51,276 bases of DNA. Source: Candidatus Kuenenia stuttgartensis (GTDB lineage Bacteria > Planctomycetota > Planctomycetia > Pirellulales > UBA1268). The DNA lies in NCBI GenBank assembly GCA_945873085.1, contig CAMCCR010000003.1:1-51276 (forward strand). Reading direction: 5' to 3'. This document shows positions 1-10,742 of this stretch, in pieces; position 1 is the first letter of the stretch; every line of letters starts with the position of its first letter. The notes beneath the pieces were generated by a model, which saw only the letters and a list, made by a program, of their open reading frames with translations, was not told the DNA's origin and did not search any database. A program made the position numbers and the translations under genes.

Positions 1-2
1 GC

Positions 3-578
3 CTCCCACGGCGGGTCGGCGATCATCATCAGCGTGCCACTCGCCATGCAGGCCACGGCCAGCGTCATCATGATCGCGTAGACCCGCGCCGCGATCTGAC
101 CGCCCGGCGTCGCCCGCGTGCTCCACCAGGTGGGCAAAGCCGTCACCACCCAGGCGACGATGAGAACCAGCGGGTGGGCGGTGGAGACCAGCGCGAGGGT
201 CGTGGCCGCGCCGAGGAGGATCCGCACCGTTGCCGGGCCGTCGAGGAATCGCTTCGGCGCCACCATCACGATCGCCAGTTCAACAATCGCTACAAACGGC
301 AGGAGCACGGCGGTGAGCCCGTCGATGTGGACGAGGTAGCCACCGCCGAGCCGCTGGCCGAGCTCGAGGGTCACCTCCGGACCGCTCATCCAGAACCGGG
401 TGATCGTCAGGCCGGCGATCAACGACACCAGCAGGGCGATCATCGCCGGGGTGCGCGGGGCCGCAGGGCTCCCTCCGCGGTGGAGACCGCGGTGTATGTG
501 GAGCGCCGCTGCCAAGGGGGCAAGAATCGCCGCGGTCAGCGCCGCCACGAGCGGAATGTCATGGCCGTCGAGATTCAC
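3..578 (-). CDS. Proton-conducting transporter membrane subunit (NuoM/NuoL/MrpD-like), 3' partial, runs off the window start
   Basis: Not in the ORF track (no stop in window). GTG at 578 overlaps the upstream TGA (GTGA coupling). It translates as MNLDGHDIPLVAALTAAILAPL...YLVHIDGLTAVLLPFVAIVELAIVMV..., which is multi-TM with the DGL motif typical of the N-terminal part of these subunits. Confidence 0.65.
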   Translation of the reverse strand, partial: MNLDGHDIPLVAALTAAILAPLAAALHIHRGLHRGGSPAAPRTPAMIALLVSLIAGLTITRFWMSGPEVTLELGQRLGGGYLVHIDGLTAVLLPFVAIVELAIVMVAPKRFLDGPATVRILLGAATTLALVSTAHPLVLIVAWVVTALPTWWSTRATPGGQIAARVYAIMMTLAVACMASGTLMMIADPPWE

Positions 579-2017
579 CGCCGCCCCCCCTGCATCCGCC
601 GCCCGACGACTTCCCGTCTCCGGTCCTCAGGGCGCGTTCCGAGCCAGTCGATCCACGCCAGTTCAGCCCCCCCGAGTCGCTCGAGGAGCCTCCAAATGGG
701 CCCGATGACAAATCGCGACAGCACCATCTCCTCGAATCCGCGGTCGAGGGCCACCCGGTAAAGCCGGGACTGCATCCCCTCGGGAAGAAGCCGGACGACC
801 GACCACGACACCGCGCCGGGATGGCCGCCAAGGGCCGCCTCGAGCTCGTGACGATCATGGAGCGCTGAGGGAGAGCGGAGGATCTGAAGGCTGCGGAGGA
901 TCGCATGGCTGACGATGTGGACGAGGACCACGACCCGGAATCCGAGGCCGATCTCGACGAAGATGATCCCCGCCTGGGTCATCGAGGCGTAGGCGAGCAT
1001 GCTCTTGAGGTCGGTCTGGACGCGCCCGACGAGGGCCGCATGGATCGCCGTGAAGGCCCCGATGACGACAAGGACGATCCGGGCCAGCGGCGCCGCATCG
1101 AGGAGGGCCTCGCAGCGGAGGAGGACGTAGGCGCCGGCATGGATCGACAGGGCCCCGTAGAAGATGGCGCTCGACGGTGTCGGCCCCTCCATCGCCCGCG
1201 GCAGCCAGTTCGAAAACGGCACCTGCGCACTTTTTCCCATCGCCGCAAACACCAAGAGGAGCGACACGAGCGTGGCGGTGCCGGGGGAGACGAGGCAGTG
1301 GGCGTTGGGCCAGACGCCGTTGAAGAGCCGCTCGAAATCCCCCGAGCCGACGGCCCGATGAATCATCACGCCGGCGGTGAGCAGGCCGACGTCACAGATC
1401 CGGTAGGTGGTAAAGGCCCGCAGCGCCGCCTTGAGGGCGTTGGTGCGCTCGTGGAAGAAGCCGATCAGCATCGTCGAGGAGATGCCGAGAAACTCCCATC
1501 CCGCGAACAGGACATCGATGCTTCCGGCGAGGACCATGAGGTTCATCCCGGTGCCGAACAGCGTGAGGAGGACGAAGAACCGGGTGAAGCCCGGCTCGCG
1601 GTGGAGGTATTTCCCGGCAAACGCGTTGACCAGCGCGCACAGCCCGGTGGAGAAGCAGACATAGGGCACCGACAGCCCGTCAGCGACGAGATCGACCGTG
1701 GCGTCGTGGTGCCCGACCGCAAACCAGGTGCCGAGGTGGACCTGCTCGGGAGCGAAGCCGCGCATCGCGAGCACCGCCAGGGTGACAAGCCCCGCGAGGA
1801 AGGCGAGCGTGAACGCGCCGCCGACGAGCCTGGTGGTGGTCCGCTCGGCGAGGGGTCGATCGAGCAGCGCCGGCAGGCCGACGAGGACGAGGGTCAGGGC
1901 CGGGGCAGCGAGTTGGAGGACGACCAGCAGCGAAACGAAGGCATGGGTCGAGGCGGCCTGGGCCTCGAGCGCCCCCAACAGCTGGGCGACCGGTACGGCC
2001 GCCCCGGAAAACGTCAT
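575..2017 (-). CDS. NuoL/NdhF/DabB-like proton-conducting transporter subunit
   Basis: Motifs LFAGWEFLG, YRICDVG, AAMGKSAQVPFSNWLPRAMEGPTPSSA and QTDLKSMLAYASMTQ; many TM helices. Start set at ATG 2017, which has GGGAG upstream. Confidence 0.85.
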   Translation of the reverse strand: MTFSGAAVPVAQLLGALEAQAASTHAFVSLLVVLQLAAPALTLVLVGLPALLDRPLAERTTTRLVGGAFTLAFLAGLVTLAVLAMRGFAPEQVHLGTWFAVGHHDATVDLVADGLSVPYVCFSTGLCALVNAFAGKYLHREPGFTRFFVLLTLFGTGMNLMVLAGSIDVLFAGWEFLGISSTMLIGFFHERTNALKAALRAFTTYRICDVGLLTAGVMIHRAVGSGDFERLFNGVWPNAHCLVSPGTATLVSLLLVFAAMGKSAQVPFSNWLPRAMEGPTPSSAIFYGALSIHAGAYVLLRCEALLDAAPLARIVLVVIGAFTAIHAALVGRVQTDLKSMLAYASMTQAGIIFVEIGLGFRVVVLVHIVSHAILRSLQILRSPSALHDRHELEAALGGHPGAVSWSVVRLLPEGMQSRLYRVALDRGFEEMVLSRFVIGPIWRLLERLGGAELAWIDWLGTRPEDRRREVVGRRMQGGRR

Positions 2018-2232
2018 GTGCCCTGGCTCCCGTTGATGCTCCGCCGTCCGAAGTCGTTCCGGCGAGGCTCGCCGCCACCGATTTTCGTAGTATGCCACGA
2101 TTCAGCCGACCGGATGTCGAAGCCCATGTCGCCCCGGAGCGGAGCCGGGGGCGAGCGTCTTTTTTGGTAGGCTCACCCGGGCCGAACGGGCGCTGCCCGT
2201 CTCCCCGAGTCCGTGCTCAGCGAGTCGACGCC

Positions 2233-3456
2233 GTGGACGTCCCTCAGCCCCCACTTCGCCCCCCCGTCACGCTCTCCGCGACCACTCCGCGTCGCGGCGT
2301 GGTCCTGCTCGTCGATGACCAGCCGATCATCGGCGAGGCGATCCGACGCATGCTGTCCGGAGAGGAAGCCCTCGATTTCCATTACTGCCGCGATCCAGGC
2401 TCGGCCCTCACCGTGGCTGCCGATACGGCCCCGACCGTTGTCCTCCTCGATCTGGTGATGCCCGAGATCAACGGGCTCGAAGTCCTTCGCCAGCTACGGG
2501 CCGATGAACGCTTCCGGGAGCTGCCGATCATCGTCCTGTCGACGAAAGAGGAAGCGGCGGTGAAGGCCGAAGCTTTCGCGCTCGGGGCCAACGACTATCT
2601 CGTGAAGCTCCCCGACCGGGTCGAACTCGTCGCCCGCATCCGCCATCACTCCCGCGGCTACATCGCCCTGCTCGAACGGAACCTGGCCTTCGAAGAGCTG
2701 CGAATCAGTCGCGCGGTGCTCGCCGAGGACCTCGCCAGCGCCGCCCGCTACGTGCGCTCGCTCCTCCCCCCCCCGGGAGACCTGGCCGGAATCCGCGCCG
2801 ACTGGCGGTTCATCCCCTCGGCCGACCTGGGGGGCGACGCCTTCGGCTACCACCGCCTCGACGACGACCATGTCGCGATCTACCTCCTCGACGTCTGCGG
2901 CCACGGGGTCGGCGCGGCCCTCCTCAGCGTGTCGGCCCTCAACGCCGTCCGTGGCGAGTCGCTGCCGAACACCGACTTCCGCGATCCGGGGGCCGTCCTC
3001 ACGGCGCTCAACCGGGCGTTCCCCATGGAACGGCACAACGACATGTTCTTCACGATGTGGTACGGCGTTTACGACCGCCAACGCCGCTCGCTCCGGTGGG
3101 CTGGCGGCGGGCACCCCCCCGCCCTGCTTTTCCAACCAGGGTTGGCCGCAAACCTAAATCCGGCCACTCTCGACTCCGACAATCCCCTCCTGGGGGCCAT
3201 CGAAGGGCTCGACTTCTCCTCCCGGGAAGTCGAAGTCCCTCCCGAATCGACGCTCTACCTCTTCAGCGACGGAGCGTTCGAGATCACCCGGCCAGACGGC
3301 TCGATGGGGACGCTCGACCGGTTTCAAGAGCTACTCGCCTCCCGACCAGGAGGGGGGGAATCGGCACTCGACAGCGTTGTGGAACAGATCATGGCCCTCG
3401 CCGGGGGGGTCGACCTCGCCGATGATCTCTCGATTTTGGCGGTCACGCTCCGATGA
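2233..3456 (+). CDS. Response regulator receiver + PP2C/SpoIIE phosphatase (RsbU/RsbP-like)
   Basis: REC motifs LLVDD, LLDLVMP, LST, YLVK. PP2C motifs GGDAF, DVCGHG, FSDG, DDLS. Start codon uncertain. Confidence 0.9.
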   Translation: MDVPQPPLRPPVTLSATTPRRGVVLLVDDQPIIGEAIRRMLSGEEALDFHYCRDPGSALTVAADTAPTVVLLDLVMPEINGLEVLRQLRADERFRELPIIVLSTKEEAAVKAEAFALGANDYLVKLPDRVELVARIRHHSRGYIALLERNLAFEELRISRAVLAEDLASAARYVRSLLPPPGDLAGIRADWRFIPSADLGGDAFGYHRLDDDHVAIYLLDVCGHGVGAALLSVSALNAVRGESLPNTDFRDPGAVLTALNRAFPMERHNDMFFTMWYGVYDRQRRSLRWAGGGHPPALLFQPGLAANLNPATLDSDNPLLGAIEGLDFSSREVEVPPESTLYLFSDGAFEITRPDGSMGTLDRFQELLASRPGGGESALDSVVEQIMALAGGVDLADDLSILAVTLR

Positions 3457-3544
3457 AAAACGAGACAAAAGCGGGTTTTCAGCCCCTTTCTGCCTTCCTG
3501 CCAGCACGCTATCTCCGCTCCGGCCGATGTGTCGAGGGGCAGTC

Positions 3545-3572
3545 TTGCATGCGATTCCCGAATCCGTACACT
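3545..3572 (+). promoter_or_regulatory. Putative sigma70 promoter of the tRNA-tuf operon
   Basis: TTGCAT-N16-TACACT ending 28 nt upstream of tRNA-Thr. Confidence 0.55.
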
Positions 3573-3600
3573 CAAGGGTTTCCCGTCCCGGGACGGTCTG

Positions 3601-3673
3601 GCTAGCGTAGCTCAATTGGCAGAGTACCTGATTTGTAATCAGGTGGTTGCGGGTTCAACTCCCGCCGCTAGCT
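3601..3673 (+). tRNA. tRNA-Thr(TGT)
   Basis: Cloverleaf: acceptor GCTAGCG/CGCTAGC, anticodon arm CCTGA-TTTGTAA-TCAGG, T-loop TTCAACT. CCA not encoded. Confidence 0.97.
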
Positions 3674-3953
3674 CACTCCATATTCCGGGAGGGAGCGCTC
3701 GTCCGATCGTGGCAGGCGTCGTCCGGAAGCGTTTCAATCCCGTTGCGAACGCAACAGGCAGGAAATGGGCCGGTCGTTGTCTGGGTCGTCGACTCGACGT
3801 ACGTTTTGGGCTCTGCCCGCTTCGGAATGGCTGATTCGGAGCGGAGCCGGATCGAGGAAAATGGTGGCGCCGGTTCGAAAAAAGCGGTGGCGCTCCCGCG
3901 GCAGGTTTTGATTCGGGGAGATTTGGATCCGAACCGATATCACCAACACATGA

Positions 3954-4035
3954 GGGAAGTTTCCCGAGCGGTCAAAGGGGCTTGACTGTAAATCAAGTGG
4001 CTCTGCCTTCGCAGGTTCGAATCCTGCACTTCCCA
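3954..4035 (+). tRNA. tRNA-Tyr(GTA)
   Basis: Acceptor GGGAAGT/ACTTCCC, anticodon arm CTTGA-CTGTAAA-TCAAG, long variable arm, GTTCGAATC. Confidence 0.97.
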
Positions 4036-4052
4036 CTTCCAACCCCATGCCC

Positions 4053-4098
4053 CGATACCGACACTGAACTCGATACCGACACTGAGCCCGATACTGAG
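4053..4098 (+). repeat. Imperfect 18-bp tandem repeat (about 2.5 copies, hexamer-based)
   Basis: CGATACCGACACTGAACT / CGATACCGACACTGAGCC / CGATACTGAG just 3' of tRNA-Tyr. Confidence 0.7.
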
Positions 4099-4302
4099 GT
4101 AGATCGCGGCGATAAGCCGCAAAGGCTAAAAACGAAGCTAGCGACAAAGAAGTCTGTTTGAGCCCGACGTTAGAGCAACGCGTCTCGTTCCGTCCCCCCG
4201 ATTCCTCAGCCCCACCACGAAAAACACCCCAAACGAGCAGGGACCATCCAGCAGAGGCACACGCGGGCAGGCTCGGCTCATCACCGGCCTGCACGAACGC
4301 AT

Positions 4303-4373
4303 GCGGGTGTAGCTCAATGGTAGAGCAATAGCCTTCCAAGCTAAAGACGAGGGTTCGATTCCCTCTACCCGCT
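4303..4373 (+). tRNA. tRNA-Gly(TCC)
   Basis: Acceptor GCGGGTG/TACCCGC, anticodon loop CTTCCAA, T arm GAGGG-TTCGATT-CCCTC. Confidence 0.97.
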
Positions 4374-4540
4374 TTCCAGGCCGCAACTGTTCCTCAACGT
4401 CCTCTCCGCTCAACGACACCCCGACCACACCGTTTCCTTATTTCCACGGAGCGAACGCCGACACGACCGACCGATCCGCGTCCTCGCCGGGACAACGCCG
4501 CGCTCTCAAGCGCTCGTCCACCGAGGCCACGACGCACACC

Positions 4541-4613
<73 letters not shown>

Positions 4614-4833
4614 TCCCAGCGGTCGCCGTGACCACGTCGCCCCACACCCAAGATTCATCCTTCCGGCCTGCCGGAGGGACGCTCGTTACAAGATCGATCG
4701 ATGCTCCGCGTCAGACCTGGCCAGGCGGGGCATCGTCGATCGATCGGATAGTTTGATTTGATGCAGGATTTCAGGGACCAGGGCAGGCGCCGCCTGCAGC
4801 CACACACCAGAGAGGAAGATCGAGGGAGAAAGC

Positions 4834-6033
<1,200 letters not shown>

Positions 6034-6052
6034 TCACAGAACCTGTGTACCG

Positions 6053-6085
6053 TTCCAGGCGCCGGCTTACGGCCGGCGCCTGGAA
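6053..6085 (+). other. Perfect 14-bp hairpin between tuf and tRNA-Trp (probably protects or processes the mRNA 3' end)
   Basis: TTCCAGGCGCCGGC-TTACG-GCCGGCGCCTGGAA with no U-tract. Confidence 0.6.
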
Positions 6086-6089
6086 ACAC

Positions 6090-6162
6090 AGGGGCGTAGC
6101 TCAACTGGCAGAGCGCTGGTCTCCAAAACCAGAGGTTGCGAGTTCGATCCCCGCCGCCCCTG
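6090..6162 (+). tRNA. tRNA-Trp(CCA)
   Basis: Acceptor AGGGGCG/CGCCCCT, anticodon arm CTGGT-CTCCAAA-ACCAG, one A:C mismatch in the T stem. Canonical position before secE. Confidence 0.95.
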
Positions 6163-6334
6163 CTTCGCGGGATCTGGTCGCCCTGGCCACGTCCTCACGA
6201 GTCTGGATCGACAGCGTCGGTGTTTGGATCGAGGTTGAATAAGGCCGGTTGGGGAATGCCCCACCAGGAAACAGTCGCCCCCACAGACCGGGCTCATCAT
6301 TCAGACGGATCGCCCGAGCCGGACGGAACCGACC

Positions 6335-6817
6335 ATGGCAGGTATGCAAGAAAACCCAACCGCCCTCAGTTCGCTGGGGCGAGAATTGTTCAGCGCGGCC
6401 GTCTACAAGCGGAGCCAAGGGCGCGTCACCCGTCAGGTGACGTTTGTCGCCTTGGCTCTTGCCTGGGCGATTGCCGTCTGGAGGCTCGCTCAAATCCTAC
6501 CGGCGTGGATTTCTGCAGGCGGCCCGATGACTCCGGCGGTGAGCGCCGACGCTTATGGCTTGGTCCGGTTCGTGATTCCTTTCCTCGTTTTCCTTGCTGG
6601 TGCATGGCTCGCCTACCGGGCGGTGAATCTTCCCCGGTTCGCTGAGTTCTTGATCGGGGTTGAGTCGGAGATGGCAAAGGTGGCGTGGCCCACCCTCGGC
6701 GAAGTGGCCCGCAGTTCCGCCGTTGTGATCTTCATGATCTTCGCCTTGTCCTTCATCCTCGCGGCCTACGACTTGTTCTGGTGGTTCATTCTCCGGGCGA
6801 TTCAGGGATTTCGTTGA
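6335..6817 (+). CDS. secE: Preprotein translocase subunit SecE (3-TM form)
   Basis: FLIGVESEMAKVAWPT motif followed by a TM helix; located between tRNA-Trp and nusG. Confidence 0.95.
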   Translation: MAGMQENPTALSSLGRELFSAAVYKRSQGRVTRQVTFVALALAWAIAVWRLAQILPAWISAGGPMTPAVSADAYGLVRFVIPFLVFLAGAWLAYRAVNLPRFAEFLIGVESEMAKVAWPTLGEVARSSAVVIFMIFALSFILAAYDLFWWFILRAIQGFR

Positions 6818-6867
6818 ACGCGGTCGAGACCCAAGGGTCCGGGTGACACTCCCGGACATCCCCACGC

Positions 6868-7632
6868 ATGTCGAAGCACGATCATCCAACCGAGCCCCAG
6901 GCCGACGCGGTCGCGTCTCCCCCTGAGCACGCCACGCCCCAAGGCCATGCCGACGGAGCATCGCATGCAGGCCCCGGCACGCCGTCTGGAGAGGCCGACG
7001 ACGACGATGGCACCCCTGCCGAACTCGCCGATCCCTTTGCCGGTGGCGACAACGCCAAGCCCGTCGCCTCGGCAACCGACGAAGAGATCGCCCCGATCGG
7101 GGACAAGAAGTGGTACATCCTCAAGGTGCAAAGCAACCGCGAGGATTCGATCAGCGACACACTCGAGCGACGGATCCGGATGCAGGGACTCGACCGCTAC
7201 TTTGGCAAGGTCATCGTGCCGAAGGAGCAGGTCACCGAGTTTAAAAGCGGCAAAAAACGCGTTGTTTCTCGCAAGCTCTATCCTGGCTACATCCTTGTGA
7301 ACATGATTCTCAATGACGAGACGTGGTATCTCGTCAGGGAGACAGGCGGGATTGGCGATTTTACCGGGTCGGCCGGAAGGCCGAGCCCGATGCTCCAAGC
7401 CGACGTTGACAAACTGCTCAACAAGTCCGCGGTCAAGCCGGACGAGGCGCCGCGGCTGAAGATCAACTTCAAGAAGGGTGACCGGGTCAAGATCACCGAA
7501 GGTACGTTTGAGAACTTCGAGGGTGAGGTGGAGCAGATCGACGAGGCGAACGGACGAGTCACGGTGATGCTCAGCATCTTCGGTCGTTCGACCCCCGTCG
7601 ATATCGAGTACTGGCAGATTGAGGGGATTTGA
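6868..7632 (+). CDS. nusG: Transcription termination/antitermination factor NusG
   Basis: KWYILKVQSNRE, KLYPGYILV, KOW motif GDRVKITEGTFENFEG, IFGRSTPV. Confidence 0.97.
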   Translation: MSKHDHPTEPQADAVASPPEHATPQGHADGASHAGPGTPSGEADDDDGTPAELADPFAGGDNAKPVASATDEEIAPIGDKKWYILKVQSNREDSISDTLERRIRMQGLDRYFGKVIVPKEQVTEFKSGKKRVVSRKLYPGYILVNMILNDETWYLVRETGGIGDFTGSAGRPSPMLQADVDKLLNKSAVKPDEAPRLKINFKKGDRVKITEGTFENFEGEVEQIDEANGRVTVMLSIFGRSTPVDIEYWQIEGI

Positions 7633-7792
7633 ACCAAGTGTGCCGCCGTCCAAGACGGCTTGCTACGAACGATCATGCGTCCATCCTGCACGGACGCCGG
7701 GGCGCGCAGGGTAGGCCGGTAAGGCATCAAGCAGCAACGTTTCCAACACAACGCGTCCAAGCAGTCCCGCGGAAGGGGAAGAGGTCAGAGTC

Positions 7793-8218
7793 ATGGCGAA
7801 GCAGGTGGTCGGTCAAGCGAAGTTCCAGATTCCAGGCGGACAGGCCACACCGGCCCCCCCGGTCGGTACGTCGCTCGGCCGGTACGGCATCAACCTCGGA
7901 CAGTTCGTCCAGCAGTTCAACGACAAGACCCGCGAAGCCGCCGGTATGGCGATTCCGGTGGTTGTCACCGTCTACAACGATCGCTCTTTCGAGTTCTACA
8001 CGAAAAGCCCGCCGGCGGCCGCTCTTCTCAAGAAGGCAGCAGGCCTTGCGAAGGGCTCCGGGGTGCCGAACAAGGACAAGGTCGGCAAGGTCACCAAGGC
8101 ACAGCTCGACGAGATCGTCCGACTCAAGACCAACGATCTCAATGCCAGCGATGCCGATCATGCCCGTCGCATGATCGAAGGCACCGCCCGCAGCATGGGG
8201 ATTACGGTCGACAACTGA
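7793..8218 (+). CDS. rplK: 50S ribosomal protein L11
   Basis: [26 protein letters not shown]. Confidence 0.98.
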   Translation: MAKQVVGQAKFQIPGGQATPAPPVGTSLGRYGINLGQFVQQFNDKTREAAGMAIPVVVTVYNDRSFEFYTKSPPAAALLKKAAGLAKGSGVPNKDKVGKVTKAQLDEIVRLKTNDLNASDADHARRMIEGTARSMGITVDN

Positions 8219-8284
8219 CCCCTTGATCCTCGGTCGTCACAACTTTTTCCCGATTTTCCCTCGAACACTTTCAGGACCGTAGCC

Positions 8285-8965
8285 GTGGCTGTTACCAAGC
8301 GCATGAAGGCGATGCTCGCCAAGTTGCCGAAGACCGAAGACCCTCTTCCCGTCGCCGATGCCGTCGCGCTCATCAAGAGCATGCCGCCGACGAAGTTTGA
8401 CCAGGCCTTTGAGATCCACATGCGTCTGGGCATCGATCCGAAGCAGGCCGATCAGATCGTCCGTGGCTCGATCGTGCTGCCGCACGGGATCGGCAAGTCG
8501 AAGCGAGTCGTCGTGTTCGCCAAGGGCAACATGGCAGACGAGGCCCGGGCTGCCGGGGCGGAAGAGGTCGGCTCCGATGATCTTGCCAAGAAGATCAAGG
8601 AAGGCTGGACCGATTTTGATGTCTGCATTGCGGCTCCCGACATGATGGGCCTGGTCGGCCCGCTCGGAAAGGTACTCGGTCCCCGTGGCCTGATGCCGAG
8701 TCCCCGTGCCGGCACCGTCACCGCCGACATCCGTAAGACCGTCAGCGAGTACAAGGCCGGAAAGGTCGAGTTCCGGAATGATCCGACCGGCATCGTCCAT
8801 GCGGTGGTCGGCAAGGCCAGTTTTGATGAGGCGAAGATCGTGGAAAACATCAAGGCCTTTATCGACCACATCATGTCGCTGCAGCCCAACAGCGTTCGTG
8901 GTCAGTACGTGAAGAGCATCTCGATCTCCGCCACGATGACCCCGGGCGTCATGATCGCCGCCTGA
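8285..8965 (+). CDS. rplA: 50S ribosomal protein L1
   Basis: [33 protein letters not shown]. Confidence 0.98.
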   Translation: MAVTKRMKAMLAKLPKTEDPLPVADAVALIKSMPPTKFDQAFEIHMRLGIDPKQADQIVRGSIVLPHGIGKSKRVVVFAKGNMADEARAAGAEEVGSDDLAKKIKEGWTDFDVCIAAPDMMGLVGPLGKVLGPRGLMPSPRAGTVTADIRKTVSEYKAGKVEFRNDPTGIVHAVVGKASFDEAKIVENIKAFIDHIMSLQPNSVRGQYVKSISISATMTPGVMIAA

Positions 8966-9109
8966 AGCCCGGAATGGCTCGCGCTTCCTTCCCGCTCAAG
9001 CCCCCTTTCCAGTTGACGATTCAAGTTCCTGTTTCCTCCATCCCGGCACGGTTCAGTCTCACTCGGCTACGTTGCCGCCCAAGCCGCCCGATCAGGGCCC
9101 AAATTCGCC

Positions 9110-9661
9110 ATGAGCAAGCTTGTCAAGAATCTCCTCGTCGATGACCTCAAGGGACGCCTGACGGGCGTCGGCGAGGTGATTGTTCTCAGCCTCGGTCGCC
9201 TCGACGGCACGAAGACCACGCAGCTCCGACAGACGCTGCGGAAGAAGAAGATCCACCTGCAACTGATCAAGAACAGCTTGGCGCGCCGGGCGACGCTCGA
9301 CACCCCACTGGCACCGGCTTTCGGCAAGACCGAAGGCATGCTCGCGATCGCCTGGGGCGGCGAAGACGTCGTCGATCTCGCGAAGGAACTCGATCGAGTT
9401 TCCGCCATCAAGGACTACGACGGTGTCGAGTTCCGCGGCGGTGCCCTCGACGGTGCTCGGCTCGAGCCAAGTGACGTCAAGAGCGTCGCCAAGTGGCCCT
9501 CCCGTGCCGAGCAACTCTCGATTCTGTCTGGCCAGATCAGCTCGATGGGCTCGACGCTCTCGGGACAGATCCTCGGGGCCGGAGGGACGCTGGCTGGCCA
9601 GATCAGCTCGCGGGTCGACGACCTCGAGAAGGCAGAAGCGCCGGAGGTTCCGGCGGCCTGA
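9110..9661 (+). CDS. rplJ: 50S ribosomal protein L10
   Basis: QLRQTLRK..LIKNSLARRA, AKWPSRAEQLS; synteny rplA-rplJ-rplL. Confidence 0.95.
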   Translation: MSKLVKNLLVDDLKGRLTGVGEVIVLSLGRLDGTKTTQLRQTLRKKKIHLQLIKNSLARRATLDTPLAPAFGKTEGMLAIAWGGEDVVDLAKELDRVSAIKDYDGVEFRGGALDGARLEPSDVKSVAKWPSRAEQLSILSGQISSMGSTLSGQILGAGGTLAGQISSRVDDLEKAEAPEVPAA

Positions 9662-9860
9662 GGCAGACTTTTCGGACCGACACCATGGCATGGGCTTCCC
9701 ATGGCCCGCGTTCATGGTATGACTATGGGTTCCCAATTTTCCAGAGGCGCCAGTCCCGGACGTGGTCCATACGGGGCAGGCGTGCACGACCGACCACCCA
9801 TGACACACAGCCGGCGGCATTCCCGCCGGCCTCATTCCTGAAGGGAAAGGATCTCGAGCG

Positions 9861-10283
9861 ATGGCAACGGCTGAAGCGACACGTGAATTCACCAATGAAA
9901 CGAAGGACCTCGGCGACAAGATCGTGTCCTTGACGCTCAAGGCCGCCAAGGAGCTCTCCGACTACCTCGACGAAGTCCACGGCATCAAGCCCGCTGCCGG
10001 TGGCGCGGTCATGATGGCCGCTCCGGGCGGAGCAGGTGCCGGTGGGGCTGCCGAGGCGGCGGCCGAGAAGACCGAGTTCGACGTCGTTCTCGAGAGCTAC
10101 CCGACCGAAGCGAAGATCGGCATCATCAAGGTCGTCCGCGCCGCGACGGGCCTGGGCCTCAAGGAGGCCAAGGATCTCGTCGAGAGCGCTCCGGCGAAGG
10201 TCAAGGAGGGCATCTCCAAGGCCGACGCTGAGAAGCTCAAGAAGGAGCTTGAAGAGGCCAAGGCGAAGGTCGCCGTCAAGTGA
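9861..10283 (+). CDS. rplL: 50S ribosomal protein L7/L12
   Basis: [30 protein letters not shown]. Confidence 0.98.
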   Translation: MATAEATREFTNETKDLGDKIVSLTLKAAKELSDYLDEVHGIKPAAGGAVMMAAPGGAGAGGAAEAAAEKTEFDVVLESYPTEAKIGIIKVVRAATGLGLKEAKDLVESAPAKVKEGISKADAEKLKKELEEAKAKVAVK

Positions 10284-10296
10284 TTTTTGCTTGATT

Positions 10297-10351
10297 TACC
10301 GAGGCAGCGGCCGGAGGCTTGGTCTTCCGGCCGCTGCCCGGTATAGTTTTT
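10297..10351 (+). terminator. Putative rplL-rpoB attenuator/terminator hairpin
   Basis: Long stem TACCGAGGCAGCGGCCGGAGGC / GTCTTCCGGCCGCTGCCCGGTA followed by TAGTTTTT. Confidence 0.6.
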
Positions 10352-10742
10352 GCATGTCGATTTCCCGACGGTCATCCATTCGACGGTGGTTCCGCGGGAA
10401 CGGCAAGCGCCTCCTCCTTCGTCAGCCCACGTCCACCGCATCCCTGCGGCGGAACGACTCCCATTCATTTCCTGGCTCTTCAGACGGATGGCCTGCTTCC
10501 GTGCAGCGGTCCCTTACCTATCCGTGGGTGGGTGGCCGAGCCGGTGCTGCTGTTCCTCCCGAGTCGGGTCGGGGGTGTGGGTTTGTTTTGTCTGTAGCGA
10601 CATCCGGTTCCTTTGCCAAGGTCGTCGGTAGAACGCAAGGCTTTCGTTCAAGGCCCTTGTTTTTCTGCTCTGTTGAGTTGTTTCTGTTTTTTAGTTTTTA
10701 GGTTTTGGTTTTCTTGCTTCGGTCTTCTTGGGAGATTCGCCC

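Noticed and set aside
575-2017. Calling this gene nuoL of respiratory complex I
   Set aside because: No nuoA-K upstream and it is shorter than typical NuoL; left without a symbol.
6090-6162. tRNA-Trp as a pseudogene (A:C mismatch in the T stem, no encoded CCA)
   Set aside because: Single mismatches are tolerated, the position is canonical, and none of the six tRNAs here encodes CCA.
7633-7792. L10- or L1-type leader upstream of rplK (GCCGTCCAAGACGGC)
   Set aside because: Only a short hairpin resembles the motif; the rest of the structure could not be built by eye.
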